DNA of 63,705 nucleotides, filler included, from Lama guanicoe (GCA_013239625.1; 208 parts of 208 records of this genome joined end to end with filler, not necessarily neighbours in it); one strand, 5' to 3'; positions 27,791 through 40,683 are shown, counted from the whole stretch's first letter. Numbers and translations are program-made. The notes: generated by a model from the sequence alone, not told the origin.

Positions 27791-28811
27791 NNNNNNNNNN
27801 NNNNNNNNNNNNNNNNNNNNNNNNNNNNNNNNNNTTAATTAATTAANNNNNNNNNNNNNNNNNNNNNNNNNNNNNNNNNNNNNNNNNNNNAAACTGGGCT
27901 GGAAAAAATGTTCCATGGTTGTAAAACAATGTCCTTTCCCGCGACCACAGCAGAAAGATGAGCCAAAAATATTATGGGAATTTCACTACATCGGGTGAGG
28001 TTTTAGATAAAAGCTGAACTGCACATGTACTTCCCAGATGCCTTAGTGTGAGAATTCCACATGATAGTACAGATTTCTTAAACAAAAATTATATGGANNN
28101 NNNNNNNNNNNNNNNNNNNNNNNNNNNNNNNNNNNNNNNNNTTAATTAATTAANNNNNNNNNNNNNNNNNNNNNNNNNNNNNNNNNNNNNNNNNNNNCCC
28201 ACCGCCCCCATCTCCAAACTGCAGTTTTCCCAAATACTAACAGTACTTACCTCATGGATCTCAAATCCCTGGCATACAGCTGGCACACAATAGTGGCTGC
28301 CATTGTGGGGGAAGAGTGAAACTGGGAGCACTGTTGACACTGCAGGCAGGATGAAACGTCATGACACAAGACTGTGTATCACAGGGCTTCTTCCATCCCT
28401 GGCTNNNNNNNNNNNNNNNNNNNNNNNNNNNNNNNNNNNNNNNNNNNNTTAATTAATTAANNNNNNNNNNNNNNNNNNNNNNNNNNNNNNNNNNNNNNNN
28501 NNNNTGGAGCAAGGAGATTAGCCTTGGCAGGTCAGGGGAGTGCCTGGAGTTAGGACTTCAGATGACTCACAACTTGGCTTTTACTTATTCCCAGCACAGA
28601 TGTCTTCCCTCTCTAAGTCATAGTATCCATTCTTACAAATAAACCAAACTCAGATGTGACCCCAGAGGAGCCATCTTTTCATTATCCTCAAACCTAAAAA
28701 ATGAAAAAAAANNNNNNNNNNNNNNNNNNNNNNNNNNNNNNNNNNNNNNNNNNNNTTAATTAATTAANNNNNNNNNNNNNNNNNNNNNNNNNNNNNNNNN
28801 NNNNNNNNNNN

Positions 28812-29018
28812 TTATTTGTCTCTCTTTATGCCAGTACCATGTGGTATCTATTTATTTTTTCAGCATTAGAGAAGTTCTGACATCAGGGAGTGCAAGTTAC
28901 CCAGTGTTGATCTTCCTTCTCAAGATTGTTTGGCTGTTCTAAATCTTTTTTTCATTTCTGTATAAATTTTAGAATCAGCTTGTCAATCTCTACATAGAAA
29001 GTTTGTTGGAGTATTGAA
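28812..29018 (-). mobile_element. LINE-1 ORF2 fragment
   Basis: TTTATGCCAGTACCATG...CTCAAGATTGTTTGGCT...ATAAATTTTAGAATCAGCTTGTCAA. Confidence 0.8.
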
Positions 29019-30346
29019 NNNNNNNNNNNNNNNNNNNNNNNNNNNNNNNNNNNNNNNNNNNNTTAATTAATTAANNNNNNNNNNNNNNNNNNNNNNNNNN
29101 NNNNNNNNNNNNNNNNNNGGAAGAAAGTAAGAAAGAGAAAAAAATGCAAATTATTTTTAATTTGGTGTAGCGGTTATAAAATGGGAAATTGTACCTTCCA
29201 CTCCCCACCCGCAACACCCCAAAAACGGTCTGTTGAAGTCCCCGCATCCAGCACCTCATAATGTGGCCTTATTTGTAAATAGGGTCACTGCAGATGTAAT
29301 TAACTATTCAGATGAGTCCACACTGNNNNNNNNNNNNNNNNNNNNNNNNNNNNNNNNNNNNNNNNNNNNTTAATTAATTAANNNNNNNNNNNNNNNNNNN
29401 NNNNNNNNNNNNNNNNNNNNNNNNNCCTGTGCCCTCCAACAGCAGAGTTTAGTTGCCAACAGAGACGGCAGTCTGAATGATTTTCTCTCTGGCCTTTTGC
29501 TGAAAGCATTTGCTGACTTCTTGGTCTACAAAGAAAGGAACACAATGTTTTGCTTTTAAATTCTAGTGGGAAACTATTGACATGGAGCCCAAGGTCTTAT
29601 GGTTCCAGTGGAAGCGTTAAAGAACTAAACAGNNNNNNNNNNNNNNNNNNNNNNNNNNNNNNNNNNNNNNNNNNNNTTAATTAATTAANNNNNNNNNNNN
29701 NNNNNNNNNNNNNNNNNNNNNNNNNNNNNNNNTACATTTCTGTCATTTAAGTCACCTAATCTGTGTTGTTGTTTTTTTTTAATGACAGTCCAATCTGACT
29801 AATACTATATCTATATCTATAAAGACCATGGTCTCTACAAGTCTGAAAATTAAATTTTAAGTTCTATAATGATTGTCAGATTTGAGTGAATATCTACAAC
29901 AGAGAAGCTTAGCTAACATTTATTTAATTTGGGCACAATNNNNNNNNNNNNNNNNNNNNNNNNNNNNNNNNNNNNNNNNNNNNTTAATTAATTAANNNNN
30001 NNNNNNNNNNNNNNNNNNNNNNNNNNNNNNNNNNNNNNNAAATTAATCCAAATCCCCAGCACCCAGCTCATGGAAAGTCCTTGGGGGAATGAGTGCGTGG
30101 ACTAGACAAAACCCAAGTGTGTCCCAGACCTGCTGAGAAGGGACCTGACATTTGTGGAACCACCACCAAAGGTCATGTTGTGCTGCCTGCCCTGGTCACA
30201 TAGTCTCCTTTAATTCACCCCTGCAGGGTATCTCGTTAAACCCATTNNNNNNNNNNNNNNNNNNNNNNNNNNNNNNNNNNNNNNNNNNNNTTAATTAATT
30301 AANNNNNNNNNNNNNNNNNNNNNNNNNNNNNNNNNNNNNNNNNNNN

Positions 30347-30553
30347 GCGGCTAAACCACTTTACATCCCCACCAGCAGTACAGAGGGTTCTTTTTTCTCC
30401 ACATCCTCACCAATGCTTGTTATCTTTTTGCTAATAGCCATTCTGAGAGGTGTAAGGTTGTATCTTTGATTTTTCATTTCCTTGGTAACTACTGATGTCA
30501 ACAGTTTTCATGTCCCTGTTGGCAATATATATGACTTATTTGGAAAAAATGTC
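30347..30553 (-). mobile_element. LINE-1 ORF2 3' fragment
   Basis: TTTACATCCCCACCAGCAGT...TTTTCTCCACATCCTCACCAATGCTTGTTATC...TAGCCATTCTGA. Confidence 0.85.
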
Positions 30554-30960
30554 NNNNNNNNNNNNNNNNNNNNNNNNNNNNNNNNNNNNNNNNNNNNTTA
30601 ATTAATTAANNNNNNNNNNNNNNNNNNNNNNNNNNNNNNNNNNNNNNNNNNNNGGGTTATTCCAACTACTTTGAAGAAAGGGCAATGATTTCCAGGAAAT
30701 TCCACCCCCCCCCCAGTTTTGGACATTTTATGGTCAGCCTGGGAACTGTCATGGCACCTGTGGGTGTGTGATGAGACTCAAGGGTTCCTGGAAGTCCAGT
30801 CTTCCACCACCTTGGTTCTAACCAGTCTGTCCTGTTCTCAATTTCTGTGTCATTTCTTCANNNNNNNNNNNNNNNNNNNNNNNNNNNNNNNNNNNNNNNN
30901 NNNNTTAATTAATTAANNNNNNNNNNNNNNNNNNNNNNNNNNNNNNNNNNNNNNNNNNNN

Positions 30961-31167
30961 GTCTGCTCTCTGCATCTGTAAGTTAGTTTTGTGTGTTTTT
31001 TTTTCTGAAGATTCCACATGTAAGTGAGATCATGTAGAATTCATCTTTCTCTGACTTATTTCACTGAGCCTAGTGCCCTCAGGTTTCACCATGTTGTCAC
31101 AAATGGCAGGCTTTCCTTCCTTTTAGGGCTGAATAACATTCCAGAGTGTGTGTGTGTGTGTGTGTGT
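30961..31167 (-). mobile_element. LINE-1 3' end fragment terminating in a (GT)n microsatellite
   Basis: AGATTCCACATGTAAGTGAGATCATG...CTGACTTATTTCACT...CATGTTGTCACAAATGGCAGG, then GT repeats to the contig end. Confidence 0.85.
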
Positions 31168-32495
31168 NNNNNNNNNNNNNNNNNNNNNNNNNNNNNNNNN
31201 NNNNNNNNNNNTTAATTAATTAANNNNNNNNNNNNNNNNNNNNNNNNNNNNNNNNNNNNNNNNNNNNGTCTCATTGACCTTTTAAAATGATTTCTGAGTT
31301 TCTGATTGAAGGCATGGTGTCCTTGTAAAGATGGCAGGGTTCCTGAAGGTATCTACCAGGGTGAACTGTAAGAAAGACAATGTGTTCATCAGAGGAAGCC
31401 TGGCTAAGTTTTGGTGGGAGCTGACTGTCAGGAGTCTGGTATCATTTTACACTGACACTGGATATTTGATGGGGNNNNNNNNNNNNNNNNNNNNNNNNNN
31501 NNNNNNNNNNNNNNNNNNTTAATTAATTAANNNNNNNNNNNNNNNNNNNNNNNNNNNNNNNNNNNNNNNNNNNNACTGGTTTCCACTGATAACCAATACC
31601 ACGCTGCCCAAAATTCTGCTCCTCCTTCACGGGCAGAGCCTCCCTTCCTCTGTAAGGAAACCTCCCTGACCTCGCCCGGCCATGATTCTTCTTGCTTTTT
31701 CTGGTTCCCCATCTCACAGTCTGTTCCACACTCTGTTCCCTGGCTCCCGTGGGGAACTGGGGGGCATCTGCAGGGGTGCCCNNNNNNNNNNNNNNNNNNN
31801 NNNNNNNNNNNNNNNNNNNNNNNNNTTAATTAATTAANNNNNNNNNNNNNNNNNNNNNNNNNNNNNNNNNNNNNNNNNNNNCTGGAAATACAAATGGCCA
31901 AAAGCATAAATATATACAAAAATTGCTCAAATTCTCAGTTGCTTAAGTAAATGAAATGAAAATGCAATCTGGTTTTGTTTGTTTGTTTGTTTTTGTTTTT
32001 CCATCTATCAGATTGGTGAACATTCAGCTGATTAGGTTACAATGCTGGTAAGGTCACCATTTGGGTATTCTACACTTAGCTATAGTGGNNNNNNNNNNNN
32101 NNNNNNNNNNNNNNNNNNNNNNNNNNNNNNNNTTAATTAATTAANNNNNNNNNNNNNNNNNNNNNNNNNNNNNNNNNNNNNNNNNNNNGGGAAACTAACA
32201 TCACGTACCCCACAGGGTTGTTGTAAAGACTAAATGATTTTATAAACGCAAAGGGCTTAGATCAGCTTCCTTACTTCTTTTCCCAGCATGAGGAGAATGC
32301 TACTGACCACAAATTATTTTAAAACAGATCACCTGACTTTGGACCTTGTGTTTACATCTGTATCTATTAAATGCTCCATTTGCCAGCAGGATATCNNNNN
32401 NNNNNNNNNNNNNNNNNNNNNNNNNNNNNNNNNNNNNNNTTAATTAATTAANNNNNNNNNNNNNNNNNNNNNNNNNNNNNNNNNNNNNNNNNNNN

Positions 32496-32702
32496 AGTGA
32501 TGTGTTATCTGTTAATCCCAAACTCCTAATTTATCCCTCTCCCCTACCTTTCTGCCTTGGTAACCACAGTTTGCTTTTTATGTCCATGAATCTATTTCTG
32601 TTTTGTAAATAAAATTTATATCTTTTTTTTTCTAGATTCCACATATAAGTGAAATCATAGTATATTTCTCTTTCTCCGTCTGACTTCTTTCACTTAATAT
32701 GG
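32496..32702 (-). mobile_element. LINE-1 3' UTR fragment
   Basis: ATCCCAAACTCCTAATTTATCCCTC...GGTAACCA...TAGATTCCACATATAAGTGA. Confidence 0.9.
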
Positions 32703-33416
32703 NNNNNNNNNNNNNNNNNNNNNNNNNNNNNNNNNNNNNNNNNNNNTTAATTAATTAANNNNNNNNNNNNNNNNNNNNNNNNNNNNNNNNNNNNNNNNNN
32801 NNGTTACCATAACCCTTCCTCCCAGCGGAGATCATTTGTCAGGTTTCTGCTCACTCACTGGGCCTTGTGAGTTTCCTCTTTCCTGCAGTTTATTTTTGTC
32901 AGTTTGGCCTTTCACGACCTCTGCGATCTGCACCACAGGAGTCGGGGGTGGGGGGTGTGTGTCATGGAATATTCCATTCCTACACCATCTGCAAAGGTGT
33001 GAAAGCTGGNNNNNNNNNNNNNNNNNNNNNNNNNNNNNNNNNNNNNNNNNNNNTTAATTAATTAANNNNNNNNNNNNNNNNNNNNNNNNNNNNNNNNNNN
33101 NNNNNNNNNTCTGTTATGGCCCAGAGAGTTAGGTGCTTCTGTAGAAACCCCATTTTACCGATCTCAGAGGCTCTGTTCAAATCACTTATACGCTGGGTTT
33201 AAAAATGTACATGTATCTATATTTACAATCACTTCAATATTTACTGAAAATTAATTTTTGATCAAATATTTAATTACTGAAGGTGATGGCCCCTGACATT
33301 AAGGAGCTTACAGTTTNNNNNNNNNNNNNNNNNNNNNNNNNNNNNNNNNNNNNNNNNNNNTTAATTAATTAANNNNNNNNNNNNNNNNNNNNNNNNNNNN
33401 NNNNNNNNNNNNNNNN

Positions 33417-34237
33417 TGTCTTTAAATGATAATGCTTTTTCTTCCCCACCACTGTGATAAAACCAGGACAAAATATTGGTCTAATAAATACTTCCTTAAG
33501 TTAAAAAAAAACAGTTTGAAGTAGGGCTTGCTACACTCTCTCCCTGTTTCGTACTGTTTACACAAAAGTCCTAGCAACTCGGAGTAGACTTCAGCATGGA
33601 GCAGCAGTGAGTTAGTTACCTGCNNNNNNNNNNNNNNNNNNNNNNNNNNNNNNNNNNNNNNNNNNNNTTAATTAATTAANNNNNNNNNNNNNNNNNNNNN
33701 NNNNNNNNNNNNNNNNNNNNNNNGTCATTTAAGTGAGACGCGCGGCCGAGCCGGACCGGAAGCAGCGACCAGTCGGGACCCGTAGGCGGGGAGCGGGTTG
33801 CGGCGGTAGCGGCAGCGGCAACGGCGGCGGCTGCGGCGGGTCTGCGCGACCCGGGGGACGGGGCCGGTGCTGCAGCGGCTCGCTCAGGCCGTGAGTCGTC
33901 GCTGCAGACGCCGGCAAAGAAGGGGGGCACNNNNNNNNNNNNNNNNNNNNNNNNNNNNNNNNNNNNNNNNNNNNTTAATTAATTAANNNNNNNNNNNNNN
34001 NNNNNNNNNNNNNNNNNNNNNNNNNNNNNNTGTCTTTAAATGATAATGCTTTTTCTTCCCCACCACTGTGATAAAACCAAGACAAAATATTGGTCTAATA
34101 AATACTTCTTTAAGTTAAAAAAAAACAATTTGAAGTAGGGCTTGCTACACTCTCTCCCTGTTTTGTACTGTTTACACAAAAGTCCTAACAACTCGGAGTA
34201 GACTTCAGCATGGAGCAGCAGTGAGTTAGTTACCTGC
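33417..34237. repeat. Duplicate contig pair (33417-33623 / 34031-34237), assembly bubble arms
   Basis: 5 substitutions, first at position 50 and last at 158. One unrelated contig lies between the two arms. Confidence 0.95.
33724..33930 (+). promoter_or_regulatory. CpG-island promoter / probable non-coding first exon
   Basis: Very CpG-rich. ETS-type CCGGAAG at 33756-33762, GGC-rich UTR-like tract, donor GTGAGT at 33891. Confidence 0.6.
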
Positions 34238-34337
34238 NNNNNNNNNNNNNNNNNNNNNNNNNNNNNNNNNNNNNNNNNNNNTTAATTAATTAANNNNNNN
34301 NNNNNNNNNNNNNNNNNNNNNNNNNNNNNNNNNNNNN

Positions 34338-34544
34338 TGAGATGATAGATCAGATCCATGGACAGGAAGCAGGCATTCTTTCCTGGGCGGGGCGCCGCGC
34401 GCAGGGGCTGCGCCCCCGGGCAGGAGGCGGCCGGTGGCCGCAGGATCCGGCTCCAGGCACTCACCTCATCTCTGCGGCGCCGAGGCCCGGGACGCGGAGG
34501 GCAGGAGCGAGGCCGGGCTAGCCGGCGGCCGCGGGGCTGCAGGC
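34338..34544 (-). promoter_or_regulatory. CpG-island first exon ending ATGAG|GTGAGT (possible start codon at 34469-34467)
   Basis: Minus strand reads ...GGCGCCGCAGAGATGAG|GTGAGTGCC, a consensus donor with a purine at -3 of the ATG, in CpG-rich context. Confidence 0.55.
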
Positions 34545-34951
34545 NNNNNNNNNNNNNNNNNNNNNNNNNNNNNNNNNNNNNNNNNNNNTTAATTAATTAA
34601 NNNNNNNNNNNNNNNNNNNNNNNNNNNNNNNNNNNNNNNNNNNNAAAATAAAACAAAGCAAAACTGTAAGGTAAGAATAAGAACATGTAGAAGGCTATGG
34701 TTTTTCTATTGGTGATTATATTGGTACTTTTAAACTTTTTTGAAAGATCGATTTTTTTTTTTGAAAATTATTTTTAGTGTTCCTGTTTCCTGGTGTTACA
34801 AGTATGGGCTTAGGCTGCCTGGTGGAAAATCACATGTTGCTGGTTTTATCTNNNNNNNNNNNNNNNNNNNNNNNNNNNNNNNNNNNNNNNNNNNNTTAAT
34901 TAATTAANNNNNNNNNNNNNNNNNNNNNNNNNNNNNNNNNNNNNNNNNNNN

Positions 34952-35465
34952 TTAGAAGACTTCAAAAGGTTGATTACACGGGCTCCTGTTTTCTTAACTT
35001 GTCCCTGTCACCTTCTCCATTCTCAATGGTAATACTAAAGATAGAGACGGATTCTTACAGAGTGAAGATAAGAATAGATAATGACATTGCAGTGTTCAAT
35101 TACCAGAACATGCGGGACTGCTGCCTTCACTGGGACTGGTAATCCTCTTAGGCAGACTNNNNNNNNNNNNNNNNNNNNNNNNNNNNNNNNNNNNNNNNNN
35201 NNTTAATTAATTAANNNNNNNNNNNNNNNNNNNNNNNNNNNNNNNNNNNNNNNNNNNNTTAGAAGACTTCAAAAGGTTGATTACACGGGCTCCTGTTTTC
35301 TTAACTTCTCCCTGTCACCTTCTCCATTCTCAATGGTAATACTAAGGATAGAGACGGATTCTTACAGAGTGAAGATGAGAATAGATAATGACATTGCAGT
35401 GTTCAATTACCAGAAAATGCGGGACTGCTGCCTTCACTGGGACTGGTAATCCTCTTAGGCAGACT
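34952..35465. repeat. Duplicate contig pair (34952-35158 / 35259-35465), assembly bubble arms
   Basis: 4 substitutions, first at position 50 and last at 158. Confidence 0.95.
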
Positions 35466-36486
35466 NNNNNNNNNNNNNNNNNNNNNNNNNNNNNNNNNNN
35501 NNNNNNNNNTTAATTAATTAANNNNNNNNNNNNNNNNNNNNNNNNNNNNNNNNNNNNNNNNNNNNGAAGCTGCTTCTCAGGAACAGTCTTCCTGGAGTCC
35601 TTGCCTGCAGACTTGACTCTTGGAAGATTGAAATGGCACAGAATCCTTAATTTGTACTTCCTTGCTTGCTGGCAATCAGATTTTCTGTCCTTGATCACAC
35701 TGCTCAGACACCCAGGGGACTTCCCTTCTCCTTTAAAGTCCAACACTTTCACTACAATAGTCCTTGGTGTTGNNNNNNNNNNNNNNNNNNNNNNNNNNNN
35801 NNNNNNNNNNNNNNNNTTAATTAATTAANNNNNNNNNNNNNNNNNNNNNNNNNNNNNNNNNNNNNNNNNNNNTCCCAGCCCCCACCTCAGCTCTGAGACG
35901 CTAGCCGCCTCCTCCCCTCCGTGGCGCATCCTCGGGACCCCTCCCTGGGGCACGCAGGGGGGCTCCCCTCACCTGCTTGCTCTCTCTCTCGGGGCTACCT
36001 GTCCTGCACTGCCCATAGCTAACATCTCACACCCAGTGACTTATGTCTTTTGTTCAGATTTTCTATCAGGTGAGAGGATNNNNNNNNNNNNNNNNNNNNN
36101 NNNNNNNNNNNNNNNNNNNNNNNTTAATTAATTAANNNNNNNNNNNNNNNNNNNNNNNNNNNNNNNNNNNNNNNNNNNNAGAGCTTACATTCTGTTGGGG
36201 GAGACAGATCCCTACTGACCAAAATAAATGAGGAAATTATATAACATATTAAAAGATAAGTAATATGTTCAGAGAAAAAGTAAGCTAGGGGATCAAGAAT
36301 GTTAGGGGATCGGGGCCGGCTTGTAGTATGAATTAGGGGTCAGGTAGCCTCCGTTCAAAGAGTGAGGTTTCAGCCAAGGTTCAAGGNNNNNNNNNNNNNN
36401 NNNNNNNNNNNNNNNNNNNNNNNNNNNNNNTTAATTAATTAANNNNNNNNNNNNNNNNNNNNNNNNNNNNNNNNNNNNNNNNNNNN

Positions 36487-36693
36487 TATGTTGTATTCTG
36501 ATTTGCTGTCTCAAAATATTTTCTAATTCCATTTTAGTTTCTCCTTTGACCCAACAGTTGTTCAAGAGTGTGTTGTTTAATTTCTACATATTTACGACAT
36601 ATTTCCAATTTTATTTCTGTTACTAACTTCTAGTTTTATTCCACTGTGGTTTGAAAAAGATATTTTGTATGATTTAAATCTTTTTAAATTTGT
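36487..36693 (-). mobile_element. LINE-1 ORF2 5' region fragment (same region also at 41704-41910)
   Basis: CCTTTGACCCA...TTCAAGAGTGTGTTGTTTAATTTCTACATATTT...TTCTAGTTTTATTCCACTGTGGT. Confidence 0.85.
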
Positions 36694-37100
36694 NNNNNNN
36701 NNNNNNNNNNNNNNNNNNNNNNNNNNNNNNNNNNNNNTTAATTAATTAANNNNNNNNNNNNNNNNNNNNNNNNNNNNNNNNNNNNNNNNNNNNAAATTAC
36801 AGATAAGAGAGGAGAAATGGCCACAGCAAGATGAAGGGAAGGCAGGAGCCGGCAGAAAACAAACCAAGGTGTCAAGACAGGATCAATAACCATCACCGCG
36901 GAGAGAAGAAGATGGGATTCATTACAGAGAGGGTAAAACAGACATTACCCAGCCTGCCCACGCGGCTCGCTGCACAAGTGGAAGAACTTTCAACTCGGCA
37001 NNNNNNNNNNNNNNNNNNNNNNNNNNNNNNNNNNNNNNNNNNNNTTAATTAATTAANNNNNNNNNNNNNNNNNNNNNNNNNNNNNNNNNNNNNNNNNNNN

Positions 37101-37614
37101 GGTGATGGTGGAAGGGTGGTATTGGTGAAAATTAGTCAGTATAAGGAACAGACTGTGACTCCAGCTAAATATGCCCACCCCCTGGCTATTTCAGGGACTA
37201 TGCAAAAGGAGATTTTGCACCTACATACCAATCTACCAACCAATGTGCCCTCTCACCCTTCACTGGGTTACCCATTGATCACATCTTCACAAATTCAAGG
37301 AGAGACTNNNNNNNNNNNNNNNNNNNNNNNNNNNNNNNNNNNNNNNNNNNNTTAATTAATTAANNNNNNNNNNNNNNNNNNNNNNNNNNNNNNNNNNNNN
37401 NNNNNNNGGTGATGGTGGAAGGGTGGTATTGGTGAAAATTAGTCAGTATAAGGAACCGACTGTGACTCCAGCTAAATATGCCCATCCCCTGGCTATTTCA
37501 GGGACTATGCAAAAGGAGATTTTGCATCTACTTACCAATCTACCAACCAATGTGCCCTCTCACCTTTCACTGGGTTACCCATTGATCACATCTTCACAAA
37601 TTCAAGGAGAGACT
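37101..37614. repeat. Duplicate contig pair (37101-37307 / 37408-37614), assembly bubble arms
   Basis: 5 substitutions, first at position 50 and last at 158. Confidence 0.95.
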
Positions 37615-37714
37615 NNNNNNNNNNNNNNNNNNNNNNNNNNNNNNNNNNNNNNNNNNNNTTAATTAATTAANNNNNNNNNNNNNNNNNNNNNNNNNNNNNN
37701 NNNNNNNNNNNNNN

Positions 37715-37920
37715 GAGAGACGTTCGTTCATCCAGCACAAAGGGAACACTTTGCAGGGGAAACAGTTACTCTGGTTTCTCAGTCTGTTTCAAAGTGCCGG
37801 TTTTAATTTCCTACAGTTTTCACAGTAAAACCGAGTTGGAGGTTGTACCTCCCCATATATACATATGCAGTGGATTTGCAACTGAAAAGAAATTTTGTGT
37901 TCCCTTCAAGCTAGGTGAAG
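37715..37920 (+). repeat. ~248-bp-monomer satellite fragment
   Basis: Starts at GAGAGAC and ends at CAAGCTAGGTGAAG, circularly permuted relative to 25435-25641. Confidence 0.85.
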
Positions 37921-38020
37921 NNNNNNNNNNNNNNNNNNNNNNNNNNNNNNNNNNNNNNNNNNNNTTAATTAATTAANNNNNNNNNNNNNNNNNNNNNNNN
38001 NNNNNNNNNNNNNNNNNNNN

Positions 38021-38227
38021 CACTATATATAAAAATAGATTTTAAATAATGTTTCTTCTGTCTAGCACAGGGAACTATGTTCAATATTTTGTAATAACCT
38101 TTAATGGAAAAAAATATGGGAATAAATATATGTATGTACATGCACGACTGGGACCCTGTGCTGCACACCAGAAATTGGCACATTGTAACTGATTATACTT
38201 CAATTAAAAAACAAAACAAAAGAAAAA
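38021..38227 (+). mobile_element. LINE-1 extreme 3' end with A-rich tail
   Basis: TAGCACAGGGAACTATGTTCAATAT...GCTGCACACCAGAAATTG..ACATTGTAACTGATTATACTTCAATTAAAAA. Confidence 0.9.
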
Positions 38228-38941
38228 NNNNNNNNNNNNNNNNNNNNNNNNNNNNNNNNNNNNNNNNNNNNTTAATTAATTAANNNNNNNNNNNNNNNNN
38301 NNNNNNNNNNNNNNNNNNNNNNNNNNNGTCTTACGTACACTGTCACTTTAGCCCCCTCCCCTCCACAAAGCGGGGGGTGATAGGAATCATTTCCTTCTTA
38401 CAGGTGGGGAGACCGAGGCACAGGACGGGCAACGATCCGCCTCCGGGCACGCGGCCCCGGCGCCGCAGGAGGGTGGGAGCCCTGTGCCGCTCCGGGCTGC
38501 CAAGCTCAGTCCCCCTGTTCTGCAGCCTCTGAGTNNNNNNNNNNNNNNNNNNNNNNNNNNNNNNNNNNNNNNNNNNNNTTAATTAATTAANNNNNNNNNN
38601 NNNNNNNNNNNNNNNNNNNNNNNNNNNNNNNNNNATTCAACGTGTTTTAGGTCAGTCTCATGAACTCACAAGTGGACAACAAATTGAATTGGGCAGAAAA
38701 TCATAAAACCTGTGGGAGAAATACTCTTGGCTTTATTATAGAGACAGCAGTTACACTGCCCAATGGAGTCGTCTGCCATTACCCTGAGCTGCCTGCTCAG
38801 ATTTATTGGGTTTGTACATCTTATCTAAAATTTCCTAAATANNNNNNNNNNNNNNNNNNNNNNNNNNNNNNNNNNNNNNNNNNNNTTAATTAATTAANNN
38901 NNNNNNNNNNNNNNNNNNNNNNNNNNNNNNNNNNNNNNNNN

Positions 38942-39148
38942 ATCTATTCTGTATATACCTGTCAGTATCTACAAATCTCAAACTCCCAGTTTACCCCTTC
39001 CCACTCCCCTCCCCCAGCAACCACAAGTCTGTATTCTATGTCTGAGTTTGTTTCTGTTTTTCTTTTTAGATCCCACATGTGAGTGATATCATATGATATT
39101 GTTCTTTCTCTTTCTGTCTTACTTCACTTAGAATGACAATCTCCAGGT
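38942..39148 (-). mobile_element. LINE-1 3' UTR fragment
   Basis: CAAATCTCAAACTCCCAGTTTACCCCTTCCC...GCAACCACAAGT...CTTACTTCACTTAGAATGAC. Confidence 0.9.
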
Positions 39149-40169
39149 NNNNNNNNNNNNNNNNNNNNNNNNNNNNNNNNNNNNNNNNNNNNTTAATTAA
39201 TTAANNNNNNNNNNNNNNNNNNNNNNNNNNNNNNNNNNNNNNNNNNNNCTGAGAACTGGTCCCTGGGTGCAGATGAATTCCCTTAGCTCATTACTGACGT
39301 GTCTTTCAAAAAGCAGGTTAACAGGGAACGAGGTGTCTCATTGGCGTGGCCGCAGACGCCCATGACGTAGAGCTCACGGCTCCCTGGGCCTGTGTCTGGA
39401 GCTGTCGGTACCCCAGGTCTGAGCAGACCAGATGGAGACGGTCACCGCACATTTCNNNNNNNNNNNNNNNNNNNNNNNNNNNNNNNNNNNNNNNNNNNNT
39501 TAATTAATTAANNNNNNNNNNNNNNNNNNNNNNNNNNNNNNNNNNNNNNNNNNNNCTTTAAGAGTGGTTCCTGAATTTACCACAGCCCAGTGGGTCTCAC
39601 AGGCATGTACCCTGAGGGTCTTCTAAGTTCGTTGCTTTGGGGGTATCTGTCAGTTGTCAGTGTTCAAAGTTTGAGTTCCCACTGTGGGGGTACAAACTGT
39701 TCACACCTCAGGGAGAAGTTCCATGTTCTGAGTTCCCTCCTGAGTGTGCCTGTGCACACCAGNNNNNNNNNNNNNNNNNNNNNNNNNNNNNNNNNNNNNN
39801 NNNNNNTTAATTAATTAANNNNNNNNNNNNNNNNNNNNNNNNNNNNNNNNNNNNNNNNNNNNTTTTTTTTTCTATTTTCTTGTATAATTATGCACCTCCT
39901 CCCACAAACTTTAATTTTCTTTCATAAACTTACTCAGTTCTTCCTGGACTATAATTCTTTGATGTAAATTTTATATTAAGTTTACTGAGTTAAACAGAAA
40001 TCTAACTGGATATTTTAGTGGAATCACATTTTAATTAGAGACTAAATTGAGGACTAATTTACATACAAANNNNNNNNNNNNNNNNNNNNNNNNNNNNNNN
40101 NNNNNNNNNNNNNTTAATTAATTAANNNNNNNNNNNNNNNNNNNNNNNNNNNNNNNNNNNNNNNNNNNN

Positions 40170-40376
40170 CTGTTTCTGCTTTGTAAATAAGTTCATTTGT
40201 ATCATATTTTAGAGTCCACATATTAAGTGGTATCCTATGGGATTTGTCTTTCACTTTCTGACTTACCTCACTCAGTATGAGACTCTCTAGGTCCTTCCAT
40301 GTTGCTGCACATGGCATTATTTCATTCTTTTTTATGGCTGAGTCGTATTCCATTATATATATGTATACCATGCAAG
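40170..40376 (-). mobile_element. LINE-1 3' end (MEYYSAIKKNEIMPFAATWMDLE-type segment)
   Basis: ORF-track translation MEYDSAIKKNEIMPCAATWKDLESLILSEVSQ is the well-known reading of the L1 ORF2 3' end. Confidence 0.92.
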
Positions 40377-40476
40377 NNNNNNNNNNNNNNNNNNNNNNNN
40401 NNNNNNNNNNNNNNNNNNNNTTAATTAATTAANNNNNNNNNNNNNNNNNNNNNNNNNNNNNNNNNNNNNNNNNNNN

Positions 40477-40683
40477 CAAAACTGAGCATGTGGACAGACG
40501 TTCTTTCATGTAGCACATGGGCAGAAGTTGCATCACAAACACTTATTGAGTTTACTCAGTCTCTTTCCTAGTAACGGTTTTTAATTTCTTGCAGTTTTCA
40601 CTGTAAACACGAGTTTGAGCTTGTACCTACTCATATATATATGTATGTAGTGGAGTTTCAACTGAAGAGAAATTTTGTGTTCC
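40477..40683 (+). repeat. ~248-bp-monomer satellite fragment
   Basis: Runs CAAAACTGAGCATGTGGACAGAC...CAACTGAAGAGAAATTTTGTGTTCC, a third phase of the same monomer. Confidence 0.85.

Noticed and set aside
37116..37662. Two near-identical 79-aa ORFs suggesting a duplicated gene
   Set aside because: They are the two arms of an assembly bubble. The ORF has a GTG start, runs into Ns and has no recognisable domain.
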